Below, piece after piece: positions 13,293-26,500 of a stretch of DNA of 64,000 nt. Each line of letters opens with the position of its first letter. The stretch's first letter is position 1. The position numbers and the translations under genes were made by a program. Source of the stretch: Ptychomitrium polyphyllum (lineage: Eukaryota); assembly GCA_973851085.1 (NCBI GenBank), contig OZ316775.1:5208001-5272000 (forward strand). Reading direction: 5' to 3'. A model generated the notes under the pieces. The model was given only the letters and a program-made list of their open reading frames with translations. It did no database searches and was not told the origin of the DNA.

Positions 13293-16200
13293 ACCAGGGA
13301 ATGTCAGCTTCTGCTGAAGACAAGAACAACAATGAAGAAATATCTACTCAACAAGATAAGCACTAACTTAACCTGTAATTCAAAAAATATGATATCAAAT
13401 AAGAGCCAATTTACTGTCCAGCTTTTACCGCATAGTTATCTATCCCGCTTTTACTGCCTTGTGATCTAATGGTACATACTATATAATCTCTTCTATTTCA
13501 GATAATCTAGAATGATGAATGCAAATGTGCAGTATTATTTGGAATCTGCAGCTATTGAAATGACCAAGTTTACTTCCAGGTCCTGAAATCTTGGGATCGT
13601 TTGACTATTATTGGGATGACTATGACTATGAAGGCCCAGGATAACATTCTTAAAGAGCGGGAACTCCACCCTCAAGGAACAGGCCGTCATAAATACCAAA
13701 TATAGTTCCATACATAACATTTTTTAGCTGGATGATTTTGCATGTGCTTGACAATCTTGGAATAGTGCTCCATTTTCTTTTCAAGTGCTTGACTTTTCTA
13801 AATATTAGAGTTATCAGTTAAGCCCTTCCTATAGAGGAAAGTTTTGCAAAACATGTATCAAAGTTCATTTTGGCACATACATAAGCAAAAACGCATTTTA
13901 AAGTGTGTTTTGATAAACTAAAGGAGAACTTTTGTGATGTTGGAGTGTGGTTATGAAGCCTTAAACTTTGAACCTCTCCAAAGCTAGCCAAACTCCTCCA
14001 ATTCAAGCCTTTATTTGCCTTAGGTGCCCAAAGCTCTCCCAATTGCTATTTCATTCAAAAGTGTTTCAATGCTTTTATAAATTGTCAAGGACTATTATTT
14101 ATAAGAAGAACATTCCAAAAATACAAAGTAATAGACTTCTATTGAATATCTTATTCTATTATTTATAATGGAGTATTTGACAAGATGCTTGATAATAGAA
14201 GTGGTGCAAATCATCTAGGCTCTAGTTTAAGAATGTAATGCATTAAATGAAGGAAAGAATAATGGAGAACAATTATTCTATTTAGAACAATAAATTACTT
14301 CTATTAAAGAATGTTTTGAAGCATATCAATTACAATGGATATTCAACAAGATAAACTCATAACATCTTTGATAAAAAAAATTAAATATCTTTTATGAGAA
14401 AATAATTTTATCATTCAAAAATATAATTCAATTATCACTGTCATGAATATTAAAAAATTAAGGAAGTTTGTGCACCAAATTACCAAACCAAGAATTACAT
14501 CTTTGTACATTTATTACTTTATGATTTCATTGTCATTTATTTTGTATTTTTCATTATACAAAGTAAGGATGATTTGATTCAATTGCTAATAATATTTGTA
14601 TATTGGTAATAAAGATACCTTTTTAAATTTGAATATATCATACATATTTACAAATTTCTACAATTGTATGTATACTTGAACTTTTAAGTAGATCCTACAA
14701 TTTAAAGTGATTCTTAAGGATTTAGAGTGACCATTGCAATCAATATCATAAAACAATAGTTTATTGTATTTGGAATGTTTTTCACCTCCAATAGATATAA
14801 TGTTTAATTGAAATTTAGTTTACATAGTTTTGACAAGCTATTGTATTCCAATTGAAGTTTTGTACTTACAAAAAATCCATAAATATACATTAGAATATAC
14901 TTATTTCCAAAAAAAATTTAAGAGCTAATTTAGAAAGTTCCTTTATGATAATAATTTTGGCATTTGCAATCAAGAAGATCTTCACATTAAAACTCAATAG
15001 CTTATCAAAACCATGTCAACATGAGTTCTAACTTCATTTTTGACTTCATGCCTATTGGAGGTGTAGAACAATTTACAATACAATATAATATTATGGTATA
15101 ATTTTAATTGTAAGAAGATTTCTAGACCTCTCAAGATTAAGGTGATGTCAAATATGATTGATTATTTTGAATTAGATTTAAACAGCTAAAAGAAATTTTA
15201 CAAAGATTTTTTTTTAAAGGAAAAGTATTATTATATTACTATTGAATGTCCTATAAATATAAGACTAAGATATAACATAAATAAACACTATATTACAATG
15301 ACTCCAAAGTGATGGTCATTCTTTTGTCTTTCAAAGTACAAAATTTTACTTCAAGAAATAATACAAAATGGTCATATAGGAATGAAGTGGGGATGAAGTG
15401 TGAAGGTGAATACTTTAAAGGTAAACGTAGGCTCCATAATATGAATTCAGTCACCCATAATGTGGTTGCTAGGTGCTCCTTCCTTCATTTGTACATCATA
15501 CTCGAACTACTCACTCTCAATACTACAACTCTGGTCACATGAAGACATGAAGTAATAGGAGGACATTACACCAAACAAATTAATATATTGTACGTACAAT
15601 ACAGCAGCCAGTTATTTGCTCTTTGACATCATTGAGTTGTTATACAGCTTGTGCCACCTGTTGCTCTCTTGGTAGCACATCACATCAAAGTGCAGTGCAC
15701 AACAGAAATGTGACATTTGCTGTATATAAATGTTGGCATTTAAGGTGAGCAAGCTTATATCCACAAAGGTAAGGAGTATGCCTTTTAGATGTTGTTGTTT
15801 CTTTTGTAATCGGATTTTTGGAAGCTAATGTTTAGAGTACAATGCAAGTTGTATTACAATATATTGGTCCCTTTAAATAAAGTATGAATTAAAAAAAGAT
15901 GCTTACAAAAATCCAATAATCACAAATAGATTAGTCCAATGACCATCCAAACAACAATTAGTAATCACTACTTATAGCAGGTATTATTACCTTAAAGTTC
16001 TTTCAAAAACCAATTGTAAAGCAAACATATTTATTTGACATAGAATTTTTCAAAAACTAATGGAATATCCACCTTTCTTTCAAGTATCATCATTCCATGA
16101 GTCCATTTGCATATGAATTAACATGTGTTTAAACATGTGTGTATTGAACATATGCTTGGTAACTATAAATCTTTTCATAGCTAGTAGTTAAGAAAACAAT

Positions 16201-16304
16201 TGCTTATTTTATTTACTTTATGGACCATTTACTTTGCCCACTTGCTGTACAAATTGCATTTGTATGAAAATAACTTCAAAAAAGGTTTATTTAACTCTCA
16301 AAAG

Positions 16305-16668
16305 ATATAACAAATTAATAAGTGGTTGATGAATATTTTCAACCTTTATCATCCTTGAAATTGGATGAGGTACTCTATCCATCTATTTTCTCCAAAGTCA
16401 ATGGAATTAAAGCCACAAACCCAAAGACTTGAAGTCCAAGATGGACTTTGTGTTAGTTTTTTGTAATCATTGAAGTAGAAGTGTGTTGAACCAAAGTGTT
16501 CATAAATTTCATTTCAAGCTATTTGCAATCTCATGGTTTCATGCAACTAAAAAACCTTCAATAAATCACCACATTTGGAATATCATATTCCAAATCCATC
16601 TCAACAAATTTTATTGAAGAAAAACATCAACATTTAAGCGCATGAGTAGGGTTGAACAGAGATTCAAA
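16305..16668 (+). repeat. 364-bp dispersed direct repeat, copy 1
   Basis: Matches 24696-25059 at a constant offset of 8391 with about six substitutions seen by eye. Confidence 0.95.
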
Positions 16669-19600
16669 TTGAGCAAATATTGTTCTATTTTAATTGTAAA
16701 CTCTTATTTTTAAATTTAAATTTTATTGTGTTACTTTATATTTTGCTCATGCTTAATGCATGCACATTATATTGTTGATATGAATGGCCACTAATCAAGC
16801 CATACAATCAAATATCATTAGATTCCAAATATTACACAAATATGATTTTTTATAAAAAACCAACAATGCAACAACTCATTAATATAACATCCTTTATCAA
16901 TATTGCTATATCAAATATTACCATTATAACGGGATCCAACATTATTGTATGATATTTTGTTAGAATTTATATTAATTTTGATAGAAATTTATAAAATTAA
17001 TCTTATTTTTTAAAAACCATGTGATAGAATTAATAGTTCTTTCAAAATTACAAAAATTTCTTTTAAAAATAAAAATAAAAATACTTATACCAGTTTGAAC
17101 ACTAGTATATTAATTTGATACATACAATACTTATAATACTGCAATTTTTGTTAGAGTTCTTAATTATTGTAATTAACACTTTATTTTATTTATGAATTGT
17201 ATTAAAACTTCCACAATCATTGTGATCCATAATAATGAGATAATATTGAAAGGTCATCCACCATTGCTAAAGAATTCAATAAGGAGGTAAAACCAACAAA
17301 TGTTCTCATTTGTTTTATTAATATGAAATATATGTACAACATACACTTATATAAATAAGCCATTTATTTTTGGATACATAAATATAACATAGCATAGCTC
17401 AAGGATTTCTTCAAACACCTTATGTTTTTATTCCATGTCAAATGCAAGCTTCTTACATCAGTTTTAACTTTTAGATTCTTTGAAATGTAGCTATATTAGT
17501 TTAATATAATTTTCAAACATTCTAAAACAAAAGTAAATATTTCTAACTATTAAAGAGTGTTCTATGTATACTAAAACATGAAGTAACAAATATTTTTTGT
17601 GTTTCTAAGAAAAAAATGCCTGTAAACTTTGAAATTTAAATTCATTTATGAAATAGGTGTATGTTAAATTTTTAAGATTTTCAATGAGTAATATCATGAT
17701 TTCTTTTAACTTATATTCTGCAATTTTCAAAAAGTTAAGAACAATTTTTTGGTTTCATTATTTTCCACTTCAAGATTTGCTTTCAATGTACTAATCTGAA
17801 TTGCTACAAATCCAATCACATAAAACAAAATGGCAGTGGCTTATCTTTTTATACATTGCAATATGTTAATAGGTGTATACTATATTTAAAAGTTATTGGA
17901 ATCAATTTTAAATCACACATTCATAATGAAATAAAAACTGAACCAAATTGAAAATAACTCATCTTCTTCTAAAATATGACCAAAACTTGCTCAAATTAAT
18001 ATTTCTACTTTTTAGATTAAAAATTTTAATTAAAAATTTAAATGCATCTGATTTTATTACCATCATTAATGTATGTGCTTGAAGTATTTGTGCATGGATA
18101 CTTAAATTGTTGTTCCAAGCTTGTGATTGTTCAAAGTTTGTTTATTAATCTACAAGATTGTACAGATTCTAATTTAAATTTTTTTAATCATGTGCATTCA
18201 AAGTTAATTAATGAAACAATCAATGGGAAATAAAAAATTATTAGCAGCTAAAATGATTAAAATCATATTATGCATTCATTGGTAAGGAGGTATATTAAAA
18301 ATTACATAAAATTAAAGTAATAAAGGAAAAGCTTTTGGAAAAATAAATACACATATTTAATAATATTCATCAAATGTTTTTATTGCAAGAAAACATTCTA
18401 GCAAAAAAAAGCTGTGGTATTTGAATGGCCCTTCCAAAGATGGCATTTTGAAAACTGATGTTAATTGAATTTAAAAAAAATTGATACACATCTAATTTAA
18501 TAAAAATATTAAATATATGTGCAACAATTTTCTTAATGGTCAAATTAACATTATTAAAATGATTTCCACAAACATATATCAAATTGAAATTCAACATGTA
18601 ATGCTTTTTTAAAGTTTTAAAACACTTGTGAAATTTGAAAGATCAATTCATTATCATCAATTTTGTCCTTCATTGATAAAAACCTACTTAGCAATTTAAT
18701 TAAAAAAAAATACAAAAACGATGTAGAAAATTATAAGGACAATTCTTATTGCTCATTTTTTATAAAATTCTTTACCCATAAAATTTCAAATCTTTTTTGA
18801 ATATTACATTCATTATAATAGAATATTTCAAACCCTCAAAATAATCTCAAACATAATATAGATTTAAAGAGATTAAGTTTATTAAAGATGACTTTCAAAG
18901 TTACATAGCAAATGTCTTTGCAACAGTTGAGCTTCAAGACCTAAAAGTCATTGAATTTGCACTTAAACAATTTATGAGATATGTAATTTAACTTAATTGA
19001 AATTAAATCTATGGAGATTATTGTAATTCTAGAATTATTGTTTTGTTCCATATATAATGAATATTGTATTTTAAATGTTTTGTTAAAAGGAAGTAAATAG
19101 TTTGAGGTTTTTTAGAAAATTTTGAATTTTAAGATTTTACATCCAAATTTGCTCAAATTTGACCTAAATTGTATTTTTGAACAATTACATCCAAAATATC
19201 TCAAAAGAATTAGATAGCAATTGAAATGTATATTAAACTTTAATTTCATGATTTTATCAAATTTAATGCTTTTATTAAAACTAGTGAAAATTTAATATTA
19301 AATTATATAATATCATGAGGTCATTAAATTAAAAATTCATTAAATTATTTGTATGACAAATTCTTATGAATATATATAGGTGTATCTAAGGTCTATATAT
19401 AAGAAGGAAAGACACTTCTTTTGCATTAGATTTATTTAGATTCTATCATGTAAAATTTTCAAGTAAATAATTTCTATATTTCTCTTTGAATTCAAATAAA
19501 AGACTAAGTTTATTAAGCCTTTCATCATAATCCATTCCATGTTAAAAACTAAAGGACTCTGTACATAAAATTACTTGTTTCACCTCTCCAAACTCCATAG

Positions 19601-21279
19601 CATTCATGATAAAAGCTTAGACTACCTTTTGGATCAATTATTGAAAGTGGTAATTAAAATATTTGATTATAGGATTATTTGCAAGCTCATCTTTTTCACT
19701 TTAATTTTAATTGAAAAAAGAATTGAGCTTACAAATAACTTTAGTAATATGAAATATTAAAAGTTCATTTAATAAGTGTAACATTTACTTATGAATTAAA
19801 AAAGTGAATCACATTGAATTCATTGCTAAATTTGATTTTCCAAAAGGTAGTTCTTCCATTGTTCCATAATGCTATGCACCTATGCACCTAGAGAGTGGCA
19901 CTAAATACTATTCTACCTTGTGGGAACTTGTCAGCCTTCGGCAACTTCCAAGTAGCTATGGACCAGCAATTTCTCAGCTCTGTAGGAAAGTCCACCTGTA
20001 CATGCACCGTGCCGCAGAAACAGGCATGCTCTCTCACTCAACATTCCATTCCTTATCCGTCAACCCTAATTTCCCGAAAACTTTGCAGTAATTTTCCGGA
20101 AAATAAGTAACAGCCCCACATGCCACATTCCCCATGAGCCATCCAAATCATTATAGAACATTTAAGTAAAAAACAAGAATATAACCATTGCCTCATCCGA
20201 ACCAGTGAAAACGAGAATCTCGATCAATAATTCATGATAACTCCGCTTGTGCTTAAATGCTTCATAGCTTCACAAGAAACAAAGATCCCTCGTCGTGTCG
20301 AATATCCGTTCACCTCACAGAAAGCAACAAACATGACCTCGAATGATGCACCCACAGAGCCAAGGGGAACTCGGAAATTCCAATGATGGATCGAATCAGG
20401 TAGCATAGTACACTGAATCGATACGAAGCGTGCACAAGAGCCTTAAACACAACACAAATTTGCCCGATTGGAAAGCGAGGAGCTCGAATTCGCGCGGGAG
20501 CCCCACGGATGGACAACATGCATTAAACAGCGAACCTAGAGAGGAATTTAAGAGGGTGTCCGGGAGGGAGGATCTGAAATCCACGAGTTGGGAGCCCGAG
20601 GGTTACCACAAAGACTGCGCGGGGATGTAGCGACAAAGAAATTTTGGCGACGAGGTATCTGTTGCTGTACGACGCTCGTCGCCTGCGCGGTTCTAAATCT
20701 CGCCACAAGGACTTTGCTATGTCCACCTCGTGATCGGTACCACCATGATACTACACCTATACCAACATAATACCTGTTAGATACTACTACGGATACCCAT
20801 GTTACTGATTCAATAACATGAAGATATTGATGTAATATGCGTAGTATACTACTGGTGCAATAACCAAGTGATTCTTAGGCAGGGTATGAGAAGATTTCTT
20901 TATTGTGTGTGAACCTGGGGGAGGCTTCTTCTGCGCTGGGCCTTCTCGTTCATTGCCTTTTATGAGGCTCAGTTCATTGTCGAGCTATGGTGTGTCAACC
21001 TTCCGACTCTCGCGACGAGCGCTCGCGTGAGAGAGAGTGAGTCTTGAGACCGCCGATTCAGTAGCTTTCGGAGCTTTATTCTCCTCCTACCTTATAAGAG
21101 AGGATTGCACTTTTGCGGTGGCACGGCCTCCGGAAGCTAGAAGGATTCTGCACGAGTGGCATCACAAGTGGACCAGTTTAGGAGGAGACCAAGTACGCGG
21201 CTGTTTGATGTATGTCTCTCGGTATCTGAGCACGGTTCTTTCAACTTGTGGTTAGGACTTAGAGTGAAAAACGAGTACA

Positions 21280-21323
21280 GGAGTGAAGGGGTGACGAGAA
21301 TGGAGTGAAGGGGTGACGAGAAT
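21280..21323 (+). repeat. 22-bp tandem duplication upstream of the CASPL gene
   Basis: ggagtgaaggggtgacgagaat x2. Confidence 0.9.
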
Positions 21324-21987
21324 CGAGTGAATGAGAAATGTGTTTTTAGACCAAGAGTGTGGCAGCGCCGAATGTGGGAGTGGTTTTTGGAGTGATTCGT
21401 TTTCCTCTACAGTAGCGTGACTTTTGATTTCTGTGCTGTGATATGGTACAATCTCTAGCTTGCGCTTCTTTTCCAGGCTAGTTTGACCTAGTGTGAAAGG
21501 TGAGGAAAGGTGTGAAGAGAGTCGAGTGAATGAGCCATTGGTTTTTTTGTGCGGAAGAGTGGGAGCTCTGGGTGTAAGAGTGTTCATTCGCGTAGCGATT
21601 TTGTTTTCTTCGACACTAATGTGAGTTCTTTTTTCATCTAGTTGCGGTGACATGCTATGATCGCATGCTTGCGCTGATGTTTTCGCATTGAAAGCGGCCT
21701 ACCTTTGGAGTTGTTCTTGATCTGCGGTTGAAGATATGATGCGCTTTCGTCCAGTTCCTTTTTGTTTAGCAATGCACTCCTGGTGTGAGTGGATTAGGAA
21801 TCTAGACTGTGCACTGTTCTTGAAAAGTTGTATTATTCGCCAGTTAATGTCTTCCTTGTTATGGATGCAGCTGCGAAGTTAAGGTGGCTAGGTTTGCGGG
21901 TTGTGAGATAGTGGCAAGTGATACGCTTAAATTCATAATTATTAGTGCGAGTTTAAACGAGGACGAAGTTTTTCTGTTTCTGTAGGA

Positions 21988-22755
21988 ATGGAGACCGGTG
22001 TAGTTGGCAACGATTCGGACAGCGCATTGAATACTTCAAAAGATGTGCATTTCTATGGAAAGAGCGCTGTGGAGAAGCGTCGGCGCACTAATTTCCTGCT
22101 TCTGCTCTTTCGAGCCATCACATTTGGCTTCTCTTTGGCAGCCGTTCTGGTGATGGGAACTAACAAGCATAGAATCCAAGGTACGCAAGAAAAGGTTGCG
22201 TGGCACAACTTCGATCCTTATCGGTAAGTCCTGAACTCGTTTTCATCCTTCACCAATTCATGAATTGTTTATCTTTTTTATTCTATTCTATTTCTTTGGA
22301 TTTGCAGATCCATTATCATTTAAAAAACTGACAAGTGATTTTTTCAAATGATTTTGACTTGATATGCGTAAAATGGCTCTGAAAATTGCTTCAGGTATGT
22401 CTTGGCCGTGAATGCGATTATCTGCGTGTACTCCTTTGTGGAGACGTGGCTGGCAGTGTACACTTACGTGAAGGGCACTCTCCTCTTGCCCGAAACTTTT
22501 CAAATCTGGTTTGACTATGGTCATGATCAAGGCTTTGCTTACCTCCTCTTCTCGGCAAACTCCGCTGGCATTGCAATGGCTCAACTTCTACAGTCCGGAA
22601 ACACACTGATCTTCGGACAGTACAAATGTTCACAGGCAGGAGCTTATTGTACTCAAGCTAGAGTGTCAATTGCTCTCGGATTTGGAGCATTTCTTTTCCT
22701 CGCCATTTCATCTCTCTTGACTGGACTACGCGTCGCCAGGTGGTATCTACTTTGA
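21988..22755 (+). CDS. CASPL4C: CASP-like (CASPL4C-type, MARVEL/DUF588) four-TM membrane protein, 2 exons
   Basis: Exons 21988-22223 and 22395-22755 (FDPYR|YVLAVNAI). Motifs LLFRAITFGFSLAAVLVM, DYGHDQGFAYLLFSANSAG and C..AGAYCTQARVSIALGF. Confidence 0.92.
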
Positions 22756-23559
22756 TTTAAAAGCATCATATGATGCATCTATACACTTTTATTTGCCACG
22801 AGTTGAGCTTGATTTGGTTTTCCCACTCCTGATATGTTCCTTTTGAGGTCAATTATCAAGTTCGGATGGAACGTGACATCACTCCATCTTCAAGTCTTAG
22901 TGTCTATCTGCAACCTTTGGCATTCAAACTGGTCTTAGCTTTGCTTACAGCTCCAAGAAAGCTGAGTTTTTCGGAGTCACGAATTTTTAACGCACAATTT
23001 AGCCTGTGCCTCGGGAAGGATAGTTAATTACATTTGCCTGACTCTTGTTTTTCAGTCTTAGAGAACGTTAGATATCTGGTAGATGTTTTCGAAATGACAT
23101 GTGTGAAGCTGTCGGTAACTGTGTCTTTTTGACACATTTAAAAATGCCACGAGCATTTCTTCACATGTCTAGCGGTGCTTAATGAATATGGAATGCTGAC
23201 CGCTTTGGTCAGTATAGATGCTTAACTTTCATATCAAATAGTACATTACTGAGTGATGGAGCGAAGCTGTACTTTGAATCAAGGAAATTGCAATTGAATT
23301 CTCATGAGTTGTCTTCAATTTACAGCATTGGTTGGTGTGCAGTGTTTCCGGCAAAATCTGATTTGTTGCGATGCATAAAATGCAAGATTGCCTGTTTTCC
23401 AAATGTCGGTGGAAGTTCACACGATTGTTAAGTATGACTATTAGATGGAGCATCATATGCAAGGAGTTAATTTCTTTGCAATAGAAAGGAGCGAGTTCCC
23501 TGAAACAGGATCATGCGGATTGATGATTCACCATCCACAAATATTCGGAATAGATAACA

Positions 23560-26500
23560 ACATGCATATGTTTGCAACGTGTAATGTTTAAGAAAGGCTA
23601 ACCATAGAGCTTAATACAAAGATTTTTTAAAAATGTTTTACGTGATATAAATTGGAAGCAAAGTAAGATACATCTTAGTCTTGCCAATACAAGTTGTGGA
23701 ACACATCACATGCATCGCTATACGTTGTTTCTAATTCTTGCACCAGTTCTTATTATTTAGTAGCTCTTTGGAGACTGATCCTTGGAAATCTCGTTTTATC
23801 TAGTTCCTTGTATCTTTAATATATACACAATATACTAAAAATAAACACAATATGAAAGTGGTTGCTTTTAGGCTTTAAGGTTGGCTTACAACTTCTCTTT
23901 GTGCCTACAAGAAAAAAGAAATAAAGCATTATAATGTTTATAAAATGTTAGCTCTAAAAAATAAGAAAATATATGCTTTCATTTGAAAATCTAACCTTGA
24001 TAAATGTTTTTTTGTTATTTCTACAAGTACATGGTATTTCTACTAATATATATTATATGTAAATAATCATTTGAATGTACAATTATATAAAAATAAATAA
24101 GTTGAAGGTTAGCAATTTAGATTTTCTATATAGCTTCTTTTTGCAAGAATAAATTATCTTATTTGTCAGTTGATGAGGAGATTTTTTAGATGGTACAAGT
24201 GAATAATGTAGCTCAAAATGAAGAAGATGAAATAATAGAGTTGGTGCAACCACCTCTACAAGTTAAATCTTCAAATAAAATTGAAGCATTTTAACTTGGT
24301 TCACACCTATTTTGAATAACATCCTATGACAACTTAATCATCTTAGTTCCAAGCTAAAATTTGTTTAAAAGATTCTAGCAAAACTTCTAATTTAATGCAC
24401 TTACCTTAGCATTATTGACAAATAAATTTTAATAGTATAATCACTAATATAGAAGTTTTTTTATATATTGTGTTACTCCATATGTACCCCGTATTATTAA
24501 TAATTGTTGTTTTTTCAAGTTTCAACTTTAATTAATGTTATTTATATAAATATAAATTTTAAAAATTAACATTCTTTATTTATTATATATTATAATACTT
24601 TAGATGTTTTTTGTTCTTGCTCTAGAGGCCTAACATTTAAAGACGGCCAATTTTGTTATTATTGTAGGTTCAATTAATCTCTTAATTCTATTGGAATATA
24701 ACAATTTAATAAGTGGTTGATGAATATTTTCAACCTTTATCATCCTTGAAATTGGATGAGGTACTCTATCCATCTATTTTCTCCAAAGTCAATGGAATTA
24801 AAGCCACAAATCCAAAGACTTGAAGTCCAAGATGGACTTTGTGTTAGTTTTTTGTAATCATTGAAGTAGAAGTGTGTTGAGCCAAAGTTTTCATAAATTT
24901 CATTTCAAGCTATTTGCAATCTCATGGTTTCATGCAACTAAAAAACCTTCAATAAATCACCACATTTGGAATATCATATTCCAAATCCATCTCAACAAAT
25001 TTTATTGAAGAAAAACATCAACATTTAAGCGCATGAGTAGGGTTGAATAGAGATTTAAACTGTAGATTTTAAACCTTACTACAGAAATATTGGCAATACA
25101 AATATTAAATCTAACCATATAGATACAAACTTCACTATACAAGGTTTAATGGCACATCAATTCCAAATTATTCATTGAAGTGATGTCTTGGAACAAATTT
25201 TTATAAATCTTCAAAATAGGAGATGAGTAAGATTCTTCAAAATTTAAAATAATTTTTTTTAATATTTTGGCTAAACATACTTCTATTTCATTAGAAAAAA
25301 ATACTATAAATGATTTGATGATTCACCAATATAAAGTTACAATATTAAACAAGATTGTAGACGTTGACATATAAATTAGATGCATACAATTAAATACATT
25401 GTAACCATTATGAAAAAAAACTTCAAGCATTTCCTTTAAAATTCACTTTTAATTTTAAAAATTAATATTATTTACTTGAAATTTTTGAGGTTAATAAAAA
25501 AATAAAAATGTCTGGATGGTAAAAGTATGTGGAAGTAGCTTGATGTAAAGTTAGTATATAAATTGTGACCAACTTGTATAAGAATTCAAAGAACCTTGAA
25601 TAACTGAAAAATATAAATGAATGTCAGTGAGAAATATTTAAATCCTTTCATAATCCACAAGCGTGATGGGTTGACATTTGGAAGTCGTACAGTCACTACT
25701 CATCCAAGATAAATACCCAGCCATCCTGCTGCATTTGCATAGTAAACATCCTTATGACACGTAATTAAAGATTAAATTTTCTTTGACACTTCTGCTTTTG
25801 GGAGTAAAAGGAAAATGAAGAAAAAAATGAAAACGAAAAGGAGAAAATCTTAAATCTTAAATTAGAAAATAAAGGCAAAACATCACACTTATATATGCAA
25901 CATGCTGATACAACATAAATTTTGGGAAGAACTTGAAACAATACGTAATTGTAACATCCTTTAACTCAATGATCTTGCACTATGATGAATAATATATTAA
26001 TGATATTCCATTTTTTTTTTAATACTAAACTTTGCTAAACATTGTTACAACAAAATATTTAACTAGATGCTTTACAACAAAAGTGGCATTGATTCATGAC
26101 AAAGTGCATATGCAATAATTTGATGTGAAATAAGACAAAATCTAAGGTAATTCCAGAATAAAAAATAATTTTGGACTTACTTTAGTATGCAATGTATAAA
26201 AGGAAACTTTTGACCTACATGTTGAATCACATTTGAAAGTAGTTTCAAGATGGAAAAGCCAAACTTCAAACTTTTTGGATAAAAGGTGAATCAAGTTGCA
26301 AACATTTTGATAAATGTAAAATGAGATGTCAAATGACTTTATCTCCAAAACATGGATAACTGCGGATTTTCTTTTTATTATAGCATATTATTCAAATCCT
26401 GCCAGTTGAACGTTAATCTTATTGAAAAAAAATATCTTGCAATTCTTATCTTAATGGTTGGTGCAAATGGTTTGCCACGGTAAACTCTTTTAGTCTTCTT

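Larger units (their letters stand above)
8600..19860. mobile_element. Very AT-rich block, probably nested decayed transposon remnants (family not assignable)
   Basis: Abrupt composition shift, no credible ORFs, CpG scarce, internal tandem and dispersed duplications. Confidence 0.5.

Noticed and set aside
16305..25059. LTR pair of a retrotransposon
   Set aside because: No TG..CA ends, PBS, PPT or TSD; the interior holds an intron-containing host gene and no gag/pol.
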